From positions 1,501 through 65,500 of the forward strand of contig CAWEAV010000080.1 of NCBI GenBank assembly GCA_963806715.1: a stretch of DNA of 64,000 nt, written 5' to 3'. Position 1 is the stretch's first letter. Every line of letters begins with the position of its first letter. A program made the translations under genes and the position numbers. This stretch comes from an uncultured delta proteobacterium (GTDB lineage Bacteria; Desulfobacterota; BSN033; UBA1163). Below are positions 1 through 9,697 of the stretch, piece after piece. The notes beneath the pieces were generated by a model that did no database searches, was not told where the DNA came from, and worked only from the letters and a program-made list of their open reading frames with translations.

Positions 1-1
1 T

Positions 2-463
2 GGCTTGGGCGGAAAGGGCAATCCGGGGGTTGCGGGTCTGGTCCAACAAACACCCGGAAGCATCGGCTATGTCGAGCTCATCTATGCCCTTCAGAACAAG
101 ATGCCTTATGGCATGGTGAAGAACAAAAAGGGTAATTTTGTGACGGCCACCATTGCTTCTACAAGTAAGGCCGCCGATACCAATCTGCCTGATGATATGA
201 AGGTGAGCCTCACGGATACGGATGCTCCGGAGGGATACCCGATCAGCGGCTTTACCTGGATTCTCGTTTACAAAGACCAGAATTATGGAGACAGGACTGA
301 AGAAAAGGCAAAGGAGGTTGTTAAGTTACTCTGGTGGATGACCCATGAAGGACAGAAATACACCGAGCCTCTTGAATATGCTCCTCTTTCCAAAAAGGCC
401 GTGGAAAAGGCTGAAAAACTTATCAAATCCATCTCCTACAAGTCGAGCGTAGTCATGAAGTGA
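2..463 (+). CDS. pstS: Phosphate ABC transporter substrate-binding protein PstS, C-terminal part (gene starts upstream of the window)
   Basis: The frame is open from the window edge. The translation (GSIGYVELIYALQN...GYPISGFTWILVY) is PstS-like. It is followed directly by pstC, pstA, pstB and phoU. Confidence 0.85.
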   Translation, partial: GLGGKGNPGVAGLVQQTPGSIGYVELIYALQNKMPYGMVKNKKGNFVTATIASTSKAADTNLPDDMKVSLTDTDAPEGYPISGFTWILVYKDQNYGDRTEEKAKEVVKLLWWMTHEGQKYTEPLEYAPLSKKAVEKAEKLIKSISYKSSVVMK

Positions 464-478
464 TTTGAGGGAGGGACG

Positions 479-515
479 GGGGTGGAACCGATTCCACCCC
501 TTCTCCCGGGTTTTT
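479..515 (+). terminator. Hairpin after pstS; possible intra-operon attenuator or terminator
   Basis: Stem GGGGTGGAA (479-487), loop CCGA, stem TTCCACCCC (492-500). A T-run follows at 511-515 but is not directly adjacent to the stem. Confidence 0.4.
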
Positions 516-604
516 CTGGAAATACCCTTCTCAATGTGATCTTAAGGGGTTTGGTTTTCCACCCGAAGACATCCACTTCATGATAAAATAATGGGATATG
601 AAAA

Positions 605-1543
605 ATGAACCACAGCAGAGCCGAAGTTCTGGTGCTTGGGGCTAAAACAGAGACGATGCGCTGGCATAAACCCGTACTCTCGGAATCTTCCTTTCGTAGG
701 ATACTCTCCATTACAGGAGCGTTTGTCCTGCTTCTCCTGTTGGCCATCTTTTTTTCGCTGGTCATTGCGTCCTTCCCTGCCATTCGGAATTTCGGAATCC
801 GGTTTCTTTTCAGTGCCACATGGGACCCGGTAAGGAGTGAATTTGGGGCATTTCCCTTTCTCGTGGGTACTCTTGCCACTTCCTTTCTGGCCCTCGTCAT
901 TTCGGTCATCTTCTCCATACCCATCTCCATCTTTTTGGGGGAGTATTCTGCCCAGGGAGCTACGCCTGCCTTCATCAAGAGCATGATCGAACTGCTGGCG
1001 GGGGTTCCTTCGGTTATTTATGGATTCTGCGGACTATTCCTCCTTGCTCCCCTGGTAAGAATCTTGGAGATGAAACTGGGTGTGGCCCCCTACGGGGTGG
1101 GGATATTCACTGCTTCGCTCGTTCTTTCGATCATGATCATCCCCTATTCGGCCTCGATCGGACGAGAGGTGATCAGCCTCGTTCCTTCCGATCTCAAAGA
1201 GGCGGCCCTCTCGCTTGGGGCAACCCGCTTCGAGGTGATACGAAAGGTCGTTCTTCCCTATGCGGGTTCCGGAATAGTCGCAGGAATTCTTCTCTCCCTT
1301 GGAAGGGCCCTGGGAGAGACCATGGCCGTAACAATGGTCATCGGAAACTCGAATTTCATTCCGAAGGGTATATTCAGCCCGGCAAACACCCTGGCCAGTG
1401 TCATTGCCAACGAATTCACAGAAGCGACAGGGAGCCTCTACCTTGCAAGCTTGATTGAACTGGGACTTGTGCTCTTTATCGTCACCACCATCATAAACCT
1501 CATAGGTAAGTTGATCATCCGCCGGATGGGTGTGGGAGGATAA
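605..1543 (+). CDS. pstC: Phosphate ABC transporter permease PstC
   Basis: 312-aa polytopic membrane ORF in the conserved pst order, with an ABC permease EAA-like segment (EAALSLGATRFEVIRKVVLP). Confidence 0.9.
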   Translation: MNHSRAEVLVLGAKTETMRWHKPVLSESSFRRILSITGAFVLLLLLAIFFSLVIASFPAIRNFGIRFLFSATWDPVRSEFGAFPFLVGTLATSFLALVISVIFSIPISIFLGEYSAQGATPAFIKSMIELLAGVPSVIYGFCGLFLLAPLVRILEMKLGVAPYGVGIFTASLVLSIMIIPYSASIGREVISLVPSDLKEAALSLGATRFEVIRKVVLPYAGSGIVAGILLSLGRALGETMAVTMVIGNSNFIPKGIFSPANTLASVIANEFTEATGSLYLASLIELGLVLFIVTTIINLIGKLIIRRMGVGG

Positions 1544-1544
1544 C

Positions 1545-2393
1545 ATGAAAGAACCTTCGATCAGAAGAAGAATTTTATATGATAAGTTATTCAAGGTGAT
1601 CATCGTTCTCCTCACCTTTTGTTCTATCCTTCCCATGTTTTTCATCCTCTTTTTCATCACCAGCAAGGGCATCTCTGTTATCAACTGGAGATTTCTCACC
1701 CATCTTCCCAAGCCCGTAGGCGAGATGGGCGGTGGAATTTCAAACGCCATCATAGGAACCCTTATGTTGATCGGCATCGCGACGGCCTTTTCCGTTCCCG
1801 TTGGGATCTTGGCCGGAATTTTCCTTTCGGAGAACAGGAAGGGAAAGCTCGCATCTCTTACAAGATTGTGTGTCGAAACACTTCAGGGAATTCCTTCGAT
1901 TGTGATAGGAATCATTGCCTATATCTGGCTGGTTGTTTCGATGGGGTCGTTTTCAGCGCTCTCAGGAGGGATGGCTCTCGGTCTGATGATGCTGCCGGTC
2001 ATTATCACTGCGACAGAGGAGACCTTGAAACTTATTCCGGAGAGCTTAAGAGAAGCATCCCTGGCATTGGGAGTCTCCTACCCCAGGACGATTCTGAAAG
2101 TGATCCTGCCAGCAGGCGTAAGCGGTATCGTGACAGGAATCCTCTTGAGCATAGCGAGGGTCGCCGGTGAGACAGCGCCCCTTCTCTTTACGGCCTTCGG
2201 GAGTCCCTTTATGAACCTCAATGTCCTGAAACCCATTAACAGTCTTCCACTCATGATTTTCAACTATGCCACAAGTCCCTATCCCGAATGGCATACGCTC
2301 GCCTGGGGAGCCTCTTTTATATTGATCGTCCTTGTCCTGGGTTTAAATCTCTTCACCAAGGTTGTGACAAAAAGATGGAAAGTACAGTTTTAA
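1545..2393 (+). CDS. pstA: Phosphate ABC transporter permease PstA
   Basis: ATG at 1545 lies 1 nt after the pstC stop (the track ORF starts at an upstream GTG, 1530). It is a membrane ORF with EASLALGVSYPRTILKVILP and the PstA-typical C-terminus. Confidence 0.9.
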   Translation: MKEPSIRRRILYDKLFKVIIVLLTFCSILPMFFILFFITSKGISVINWRFLTHLPKPVGEMGGGISNAIIGTLMLIGIATAFSVPVGILAGIFLSENRKGKLASLTRLCVETLQGIPSIVIGIIAYIWLVVSMGSFSALSGGMALGLMMLPVIITATEETLKLIPESLREASLALGVSYPRTILKVILPAGVSGIVTGILLSIARVAGETAPLLFTAFGSPFMNLNVLKPINSLPLMIFNYATSPYPEWHTLAWGASFILIVLVLGLNLFTKVVTKRWKVQF

Positions 2394-3206
2394 GGATCGA
2401 GAATTTCAGCGCCTTTTTTGGGGAAAACCAGGTTTTGAAAGAGATCAACCTTTCGATACCCCAAAATAGAATTACAGCCATTATGGGGCCATCCGGCTGT
2501 GGGAAGACCACCCTCATTCGCTGCGTCAACCGGATGCACGAGCTCATTCCTGATGCCAGGGTCTCCGGTAAGATTTTTTTGGATCATGAAGACATCTATG
2601 CCACGGATCCCATCATCGTTCGAAGGCAAATTGGGATGGTTTTCCAAAAGCCCAATCCATTTCCCATGATGAGCATCTATGACAACGTGATTGCTGGATA
2701 TAACCTGAATGGGATCAAGTTGACCAAAGGATGAGAAGGAAAAAATCGTTGAGGAGTCGTTGCGAAAGGGCCCTTTGTGGGAAGAGGTTAAAGAGTCTCT
2801 TCATAGAAGGGGAACATTCCTCTCAGGCGGACAGCAGCAGAGACTCTGTATCGCGCGTGCTCTCGCCATGGGGCCCGCGGTCCTTCTCCTCGACGAACCC
2901 ACTTCCGCTCTGGATCCGAAGGCAACCTCGCATATCGAGGAGTTAATCGTGCAGCTGAAGGATACGGTTTCGATCATTCTCGTGACTCACAACATGGCGC
3001 AAGCGGCCCGCGTTTCGGACTTTGCTGCCTTTGTTTACTTGGGTGAGCTTGTCGAGTTCGGGCCAAGCGGAAGGATGTTTACCGCCCCCAAGGATAAGAG
3101 AACGGAGGAATATTTAACGGGGAAAGTTTGGCTAAAGATCTGGAAACAATCGAAAGGGGAGAGAAAAGGATGGAAACCCATTTTCAGAAGGAATTGCAGG
3201 AACTGA
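2375..3206 (+). pseudogene. pstB: Phosphate import ATP-binding protein PstB, reading frame interrupted (frameshift or sequencing indel)
   Basis: - N-part 2375-2734 carries Walker A GPSGCGKTT.
- The C-part, in another frame from about 2724, carries [19 protein letters not shown] and the H-loop VTHN.
- The junction is at A-run 2726-2728.
- The canonical C-terminus TGKFG-stop becomes readable at 3120-3135 if one base near 3126 is removed, so the readthrough to 3206 is probably a second indel. Confidence 0.85.
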
Positions 3207-3863
3207 AAGAAGACTTATTTAAGATGGCCGCCCTTGTGGAAGGGAGCGATCAGCGACGGCTGTCCAGTCCCTGGTCAAAAGGGATTCGGATCTTGCCCAG
3301 AAGACCTTTGAAGGAGAGGACAGGATCAACGCGATGGAGATTGCCATCGAGGATAAGTTGCTTGAAGCTTCTTGCCCTGAGGCAGCCCATGGCCGCCGAC
3401 CTGCGCTTCATTACCTCTGCGATGAAGATCGTTACTGATCTTGGAACGAATGGGTGACCAGGCAGTTAATATCGCCGAGCGGGCGATCTCATTAAACCAG
3501 GAGCCCCAACTCAAACCTTATATCGATATTCCTAAAATGGCCGAGATTACCCAGTCGATGGTTAAAGACGTCCTGGATGCCTTCGTTACACAAAACTCCA
3601 AGCTGGCCCGCTCAGTGTGTGAACGGGACGATCTGGTGGATGGGTTGAATGACCAGGTTTTTCGAGAGATCCTCACCTTTATGATGTCAGACCCGCAGAC
3701 GATTACAAGAGCAGTCCATTTGATGATTGTGTGCCGTTGTTTGGAAAGAATTGGAGATCACGCAACAAACATTGCAGAAGATGTGATCTTTATGCTGGAT
3801 GCACGTGTGATCAAGCATTATGCCGATGTCAAGAAAAAGGGTGAGGAGGAAAATATCCAATGA
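3170..3863 (+). pseudogene. phoU: Phosphate signalling regulator PhoU, frame interrupted about three times
   Basis: - ATG at 3170 follows a GGGGAGAG ribosome-binding site.
- PhoU-like sequence is readable across three frames: [25 protein letters not shown] / AVQSLVKRDSDLAQKTFEGEDRINAMEIAIEDKLLEA / LRQPMAADLRFITSAMKIVTDL / ERMGDQAVNIAERA...
- The frame switches near 3250, 3375 and 3440. Confidence 0.85.
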
Positions 3864-4291
3864 GCAAAGCAAAGGTTCTATTTCTATGTACAGGTAATTC
3901 AGCCCGCAGTCAAATGGCTGAAGCCTTTCTCAGGAAATACGGAGGAGACCAATTTGATGCATATAGTGCTGGACTTGAGCCGAAAGATATCAATCCATAC
4001 ACTAACCGTGTCATGGAGGAGATTGGAGTAAGTCTTAGCGGTCAGTATTCCAAACATGTCAAGGAATACATGGGCAAGGTACACTTCGGGTACTTGATTA
4101 CTGTCTGCGGCGAAGCTGAAAAAAACTGTCCCACGGCATTTCCCAGTATTGGCCAAAGAATCCATTGGTCATTTGAAGACCCCGCGGCCTTTGTGGGATC
4201 AGATGATGACAAATTGGCCAAATTTCGAGAAGTGAGGGACAGAATAGAACAACGAATCAAAGAATGGTTGATTGAACAACAAGAGAAATAA
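3860..4291 (+). CDS. arsC: Arsenate reductase, LMW-PTP (thioredoxin-coupled) type
   Basis: It has the CTGNSARS P-loop near the N-terminus plus downstream Cys residues. Its ATG overlaps the phoU stop (ATGA at 3860-3863). Confidence 0.85.
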   Translation: MSKAKVLFLCTGNSARSQMAEAFLRKYGGDQFDAYSAGLEPKDINPYTNRVMEEIGVSLSGQYSKHVKEYMGKVHFGYLITVCGEAEKNCPTAFPSIGQRIHWSFEDPAAFVGSDDDKLAKFREVRDRIEQRIKEWLIEQQEK

Positions 4292-4333
4292 AATGTTACC
4301 TGTTCTACCTATGTGATTCATCCATGAGGCAGA

Positions 4334-4768
4334 TTGACAGTGAAGGAAGTTTTCAGCGAGATTGAAATCCAGGCACCAGCGGAGCGTGTGTGGCAAGTCC
4401 TAACCGATTTTGCCAGCTATCCGGAGTGGAATCCTTTCATCTGCCGAATCAGCGGGCAGCCGAAAGAAGGAACGCGGCTTAAGGTATATATCGAGCTTCC
4501 GGGAGCCAAAGGTAGGACTTTTCGGCCAAAGGTTCTCAAAGCAGACCCAAACCACGAGCTTCGATGGTTAGGTCGGCTGCTGATACCCGGATTGTTTGAT
4601 GGCGATCACATTTTCAGCATCGAGCAGCTTGGAAGCAATCGTGTTCGATTTGTTCAGCGAGAGATATTTTCAGGTTTCCTTGTTTCTTTTCTCGCTCATG
4701 GACTGGATACGAAAATTAGGCTTGGGTTTGAGCGAATGAACCAAGCGCTTAAGTTGCGAGCGGAGTAA
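4334..4768 (+). CDS. SRPBCC (START/polyketide cyclase-like) domain protein
   Basis: 144 aa with the pattern IEIQAPAERVWQVLTDFASYPEWNP typical of the SRPBCC superfamily. The start codon is uncertain (TTG 4334 or GTG 4340). Confidence 0.65.
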   Translation: MTVKEVFSEIEIQAPAERVWQVLTDFASYPEWNPFICRISGQPKEGTRLKVYIELPGAKGRTFRPKVLKADPNHELRWLGRLLIPGLFDGDHIFSIEQLGSNRVRFVQREIFSGFLVSFLAHGLDTKIRLGFERMNQALKLRAE

Positions 4769-4774
4769 GCCTGT

Positions 4775-5098
4775 TTATTCAACCCATAGAACACAATTTT
4801 GTGTGCCGAAGGGATTCGGAACAAGTTCTGTGCCTGGGAGACCCTCAATCCATTGGTTATCAACAAGAAATTTGTACTCGTAACGGCCGGGAAGAAGGCT
4901 GGTTCTGATCTTCCAGTTTCCATCTCTGCCTCTCTTCATAGGCAACGATTGTGCATCCCATTGATTAAATTCGCCTGCGATAAACACCTCCTTTGCCTCT
5001 GGCGCCTGAAGGCTGAATTCTACCTTTTTCTCATTCTTGATCGTTTCTTGCTGAACCGATTTTTCGTTTGTTCTCCTTCTCTTGTCTCTTGCTTTCAT
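4775..5098 (-). CDS. Small protein with a CBM48 / AMPK-beta-like glycogen-binding domain
   Basis: 107 aa. VEFSLQAPEAKEVFIAGEFNQWD...GRYEYKFLVDNQW matches the early-set/CBM48 signature. Confidence 0.65.
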   Translation of the reverse strand: MKARDKRRRTNEKSVQQETIKNEKKVEFSLQAPEAKEVFIAGEFNQWDAQSLPMKRGRDGNWKIRTSLLPGRYEYKFLVDNQWIEGLPGTELVPNPFGTQNCVLWVE

Positions 5099-5116
5099 GT
5101 TTAAATCCTCCTTTTA

Positions 5117-5347
5117 TCAGACGAAAATTATTCCCGAAGCGCCATGCATGCAATTTCTCTCCATTCTTATGAGTCCAAACCCTCCGCAGAGGTGGCAAAC
5201 ATTGATCCCTCCATTTGCATAAAAATACTTGCCGGATCCGTTGCAATTAGAACAAAAGACCATGCCATATCTTTCTGGATTAATCCCTTTGCCTTTGGCC
5301 GTCCTTTTCACTTGTGTTCTTTCTGAATCAAATTCATCGTTCATCAC
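5117..5347 (-). CDS. Small DnaJ-type zinc-finger protein (two CxxCxGxG motifs)
   Basis: 76 aa with CSNCNGSG and CHLCGGFG. An AAGGAG ribosome-binding site lies upstream of the start. Confidence 0.5.
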   Translation of the reverse strand: MMNDEFDSERTQVKRTAKGKGINPERYGMVFCSNCNGSGKYFYANGGINVCHLCGGFGLIRMERNCMHGASGIIFV

Positions 5348-5590
5348 TCCGATAGCTCCTTGTCTGTAAAATTCTTTCTGTCGATAGTTAAAATCATGCT
5401 CTTGATTCTTCGGGTTTTGGGATTCTCATGGTTTTCCTTGACAAAGTAAAATACCATCGCTTTATCATTTACCGATGCGGAGCCAAATCCATCTTCTGGC
5501 TATAAGGTTTCCAAATCCCTTATCAAGCGTCTTTTCTATGGCGTATACTCTTCCCGTTCCTTTACTCCTAAATAGTTTTCTTCGCTGCCA

Positions 5591-5776
5591 TCATCGTGCT
5601 GTGCTCACTTCTTTGTGTCTACCGTGTTGTTGAGTATCCTCTTTCATCCAATGGTTTTCCTTGAGTATCTGGTCAATAATTGCTCCGCAATGGGGACATT
5701 TCCAACCCCAAGAATAGCCTCCATAATCATGTATTTTTTTGAGGATCATAGCATCACCACAATGATAGCAATTCAT
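5591..5776 (-). CDS. Small zinc-ribbon protein
   Basis: 61 aa with CYHCG ... CPHCG (two CxxC pairs). No other recognisable domain. Confidence 0.4.
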   Translation of the reverse strand: MNCYHCGDAMILKKIHDYGGYSWGWKCPHCGAIIDQILKENHWMKEDTQQHGRHKEVSTAR

Positions 5777-6200
5777 ATAAACCTCCTTAGTGATTTTGTT
5801 ACCTTCATTAAAACATGTGCATGTCGCAGTTTGATGACCTCAATGTGAAATTTCTGTTACAATTTGATCGTAAAGCATGGGAATGCGACCCCTACTCGAT
5901 TTAGGTCATTGTTTGAAGGGAGGGTATGTGATAGTGGTGTTTCTAAAAGAAGATTTCTAATATATTTACAAGAATATCAGGAGGCTTAACATGAAAAGAC
6001 CCTTGCCTTTTCCCGCTCACCCGAAAGACTCTTAGGGGAAAATATCCACCTATTTCACATCCTTTCAGGCTCCGCCTAAAGGGTAAAACCCGTGGTCTTC
6101 TGCGTAGGTAGATAAAAGGGATTCAACCAAGGATAAAAAATCTGAAAAGAAAACCTTGAAGAAAAAAAACTCTTTCAGACTAAATTCGGCTAACTCTTAT

Positions 6201-6234
6201 AATAAATAAGGCCTGCCCGGATTGGGCAGGCCTT
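6201..6234 (-). terminator. Rho-independent terminator downstream of the Nramp-like gene
   Basis: Stem AAGGCCTGCCC / GGGCAGGCCTT. On the minus strand it is followed by TTATTTATT. Confidence 0.6.
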
Positions 6235-6266
6235 CTCGTATCCACATATTATACTTTCTTTAAATT

Positions 6267-7769
6267 TCAGAATTTGATTCCCAAAATCTTCACGGTAAAA
6301 AATACTGAAAAAAAGAACCCAAAGAAGAGGAAGTTGGCGATAAGGATCGCTTCTCTCCACAACGCAGGCCGAAACTCCTTTGGAAGGAACTTCCTATTCA
6401 GGCGAATGGTGGCAACCGCTGAGAGTGCCATTGTAAAGTTGGCGATGTTGGCGCTGATGGCTAAGATGATCAGGGGTGCCGAGGTATTCATATAGGTCAC
6501 ACCCCAGGCAACAAATATAACCAGTAAAGGATAATAGACCTTCCTGATATCCATCTTTGCAAATTTTCTGACCTTTTCCGATGAGAACCACAACATGTCC
6601 GTGGACTGTCGTACGACCAGGTCCACGTTACTGATGGCTGTGGAATAGAGAATCCAGAACCCGAAGAAGAGGGCGAGGAACCAGCCAAAATTGCCAAGCT
6701 TTAAAATAAGCCCACTTGCAGAAGAAGCAGCAATCCCCCAGGCTGGAAGGGTTTGCCCCCTTGGAAGCACCGCAACATAAAGGATGCCTGGGAGGAACAT
6801 GCCTATCATGGCCCCAAAGTAGAATATGCCCCACTGATCGATATTCAGAAGCTTCCACCACCCCTTCCATCTCGAAATATTCAGTTCTGTCGGCATGGCA
6901 ACCTTCCCATGGGGGGAGACGTGAATGACCTTCCCGCCAATAGCGGCCGGGATATAACCGATCTTTCCTCCCATGCCGTACCCTTTATCCCGGTACCAGT
7001 TTGTGATGGCGTTATTGCCAAATCCCCCGTAAGCGGAATACCCGACAAGGGCACCCAGAAGGAGCACATCAACCCCCTTGGGTATATATCCAAAACTGAC
7101 AAATCCTACAAGCCCTTCCCACCAGATCGAAGCAGGAACAACGTATAGATCGAGCAAAAAGAGCCCTCCGAGAACGACAATCATCATGGCCCAGTTTGCC
7201 CATTCAAGCGTCCTTTCAATGGTCTTACCAAGAGAAATAACGACAGCGCAGGAGATAAATACAACATAGCCCCAGATAAGGACCGTTCCTTGATCAGGCC
7301 CCCCAGGAATTTTACCTAACTGGAAGGCAGCAAGAGCAGTCGCCGTGCCAAGGGCCCATCCAGGGAGTCCACGCTCACAGAATCCAATGATTGTGAAGAG
7401 CCATCCCCAGAATGCCTTTCCTGGTTTAAGCCTCATAAAACCGACAGTGATCGGCTCGCCTGTATAAAGGGTGTAACGGGTCATCTCGAGGTTGAGAAAA
7501 ACCTGGAGCAAGGAGGAACATGTCGTAATCCACAGCAGCGCAAGGCCCCATTTCACAAAAAGAGAAGGACCGATCAGCCATTCACCCCCGCCGATTGTTC
7601 CGCCAAGGGCAATGATGGCCGGTCCCAGGATGGCCAAAAGTTTCTTCGGGGTAAGTTTTCTCAGTGGCTCCGGAAAATCAGTTATTTCAAATTCAGGTCC
7701 ACAACCTCCAGGAACAGTTTTTTCCTTTTTTTCTTCATTCATAGTTGCCCCCATTTCCATCGTTCCCAT
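6267..7769 (-). CDS. Nramp-related divalent metal transporter family membrane protein
   Basis: 500-aa polytopic ORF. The N-terminal region LGPAIIALGGTIGGGEWLIGP...LNLEMTRYTLYTGEP resembles Nramp-like transporters. Confidence 0.7.
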   Translation of the reverse strand: MGTMEMGATMNEEKKEKTVPGGCGPEFEITDFPEPLRKLTPKKLLAILGPAIIALGGTIGGGEWLIGPSLFVKWGLALLWITTCSSLLQVFLNLEMTRYTLYTGEPITVGFMRLKPGKAFWGWLFTIIGFCERGLPGWALGTATALAAFQLGKIPGGPDQGTVLIWGYVVFISCAVVISLGKTIERTLEWANWAMMIVVLGGLFLLDLYVVPASIWWEGLVGFVSFGYIPKGVDVLLLGALVGYSAYGGFGNNAITNWYRDKGYGMGGKIGYIPAAIGGKVIHVSPHGKVAMPTELNISRWKGWWKLLNIDQWGIFYFGAMIGMFLPGILYVAVLPRGQTLPAWGIAASSASGLILKLGNFGWFLALFFGFWILYSTAISNVDLVVRQSTDMLWFSSEKVRKFAKMDIRKVYYPLLVIFVAWGVTYMNTSAPLIILAISANIANFTMALSAVATIRLNRKFLPKEFRPALWREAILIANFLFFGFFFSVFFTVKILGIKF

Positions 7770-7969
7770 AGACCAGAGGGAGAAAAAGTGAAATTTACTG
7801 GTTCAATCACCCCATAATAATTAAGACCTCCCGACCCCTTAAAAGGACCACCTCCTTTCACCCTTGTTTGCGCTTTCAATACATCCTACCGATTGTTGTT
7901 TTTAAAGTCAATTAAAAAAGTTTAAAATTCCCGAGGGGAGAATCGGAGAACCCCTTTGTCCGCTTGTTC

Positions 7970-8527
7970 TCAGTCCTTATCTTTATCAAATATCTCTTTG
8001 ACCTCCTGTGATGCTATTTTTGTCGATGCGATCGTTAGCAAAGAGGTTTTCGTAGGGTTGTCGTATCTTAGAGCAATTCGGGTAACACTCCCATCCCAAG
8101 AATATGCTCCCTGGAAGGGTTTATCCACGGTCCCATATTTTTCGAACAAGGATTTTTTCAAGTGATTAAAAGTTTCAGGTCCGGTGGCGGTTATCCGGAC
8201 TTCGGCAAACTTCCCCCTCCAAAATACATACTCAATTTTATCAAGCTGGGCCTCCCCCATTTTTAAATTATCTCCTTTTTTGATGTAATAAATCGTGATC
8301 TTCTCATCCGGTTTTGCGGGATCGCTGAGGCTCCTCACTTCCACCATATCTGTTTTGACTTCCGAGAATTCTGTGCCCCATTTGATGCCCCCGAACCCGT
8401 CGGGTTCCGAATTGGGCTTGAAACCGGGTGGAGACTTCTGTGTGCAGCCGATGATCCCTACCACGAATGCTAAAATGACGCTCCATCTTTGAAGTTTTTT
8501 CATCTTATCCGGCCGTCTATTGTTCAT
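7970..8527 (-). CDS. Lipoprotein of unknown function
   Basis: It has a signal peptide with lipobox VVGIIGC. There is no recognisable catalytic domain. Confidence 0.55.
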   Translation of the reverse strand: MNNRRPDKMKKLQRWSVILAFVVGIIGCTQKSPPGFKPNSEPDGFGGIKWGTEFSEVKTDMVEVRSLSDPAKPDEKITIYYIKKGDNLKMGEAQLDKIEYVFWRGKFAEVRITATGPETFNHLKKSLFEKYGTVDKPFQGAYSWDGSVTRIALRYDNPTKTSLLTIASTKIASQEVKEIFDKDKD

Positions 8528-8887
8528 CGATTTTTCAGTCGAAGGGAACGCTTATGGATGCCGTCTTCCACGACAACTGAGAATCTACCAAATTTGAATA
8601 GAAGCCTACTTTTGCCTTATCCTTTACCCAACAATTTCAAATAAGAAGCCCGCCCTGACACCTCCTTTCTGTGCTGTTTTTTTAAGTTAGGATAATATTC
8701 GATTGTGGTATTCCAAGTCAACAAATACATGAGTTCAACCCGAATTAAGTGATACACCCCCACCTTTATCCTCCCCATCCTGAGGGAGGAATCTGTTTTT
8801 TTGACTCAATGGGGATCCAACTGAACTCTATGAAATAAAGGGGAAATGAAGATGCTTTAGCTGAGAATTCTAAATGATAACGGAAAC

Positions 8888-9628
8888 TTATTTTAACAGG
8901 AGGAGAGGATCCATGGCCTTATTGTTTCTGCGAATTTCGAAATGGAGATGGGGGCCAGAGGCCCTTCCCGTCTGTCCGACTTTACCGATGGTCTGCCCCT
9001 TCTCAACCCACATACCCTCCTCTGCCAGGTTCACCTGGTTGTGGGCATAGACGCTAACAAATTCCTCTGAGTGGCGTAGAATAATCAAATTCCCATAGCC
9101 CCTGATCGCATTTCCAGAATAGATGACCCATCCCGAGTTGGAGGCCTTAATGGGTGTCCCGGGCGGGGAAGAGATATCGATGCCTTGATGGCTCTTCCGT
9201 TCTTCATCCTCAAAAAAATTGATACATCTTCCTTCAACGGGCCAGATAAAATCCTTTTTCGGATATTCCGTTCTCTCCTTCTCTTTCTCAGTGGGCTCCA
9301 ACACAACATCATCTATATAAATCTCAACTCTTAAAACTCTTTCTGCTCCAGGAATGAATATTTTCTGGCCTGTCTGAATCTTGCTCACGTTTGTGATCCC
9401 ATTCGATTTGGCCACCTCCTTGATATCGACTCCGTAGGTCTTGCAGATCCGATAGAAAGTCTGATGCCTTTCGACAATGTGATAGACCCCTTTCCTATCA
9501 GTTCGTCTCTCCGGGAGTGGAGTTGGCTTTTCGGTAGGAATCTTATGCCTTGCACAGGCGGGAACAAGGAATACCAAGAGGAGGAGGAAAATGCATAACA
9601 AATATTTTTGAGCCCTTCTTCCACACAT
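8888..9628 (-). CDS. nlpD: LysM domain / M23 family metallopeptidase (NlpD-like lipoprotein)
   Basis: It has lipobox LVPAC, a LysM segment (YHIVERHQTFYRICKTYGVDIKEVAKSNG) and M23 motifs HQGIDI and GPHLHFEI. It is adjacent to pcm, as in many bacteria. Confidence 0.85.
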   Translation of the reverse strand: MCGRRAQKYLLCIFLLLLVFLVPACARHKIPTEKPTPLPERRTDRKGVYHIVERHQTFYRICKTYGVDIKEVAKSNGITNVSKIQTGQKIFIPGAERVLRVEIYIDDVVLEPTEKEKERTEYPKKDFIWPVEGRCINFFEDEERKSHQGIDISSPPGTPIKASNSGWVIYSGNAIRGYGNLIILRHSEEFVSVYAHNQVNLAEEGMWVEKGQTIGKVGQTGRASGPHLHFEIRRNNKAMDPLLLLK

Positions 9629-9697
9629 AAATGGGCCTTTTCACAGATGACAAGAGGAACCCTTTAAGGGTTGCCGTAGCCTTTGGTCAGAAAAAGG

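Noticed and set aside
7770-7969. Possible Mn(II) (yybP-ykoY) riboswitch in the leader of the Nramp-like transporter.
   Set aside because: Reading the minus strand, I could not find the conserved four-way-junction sequence elements of that riboswitch. I saw only a short local hairpin. It cannot be supported without a covariance-model search.
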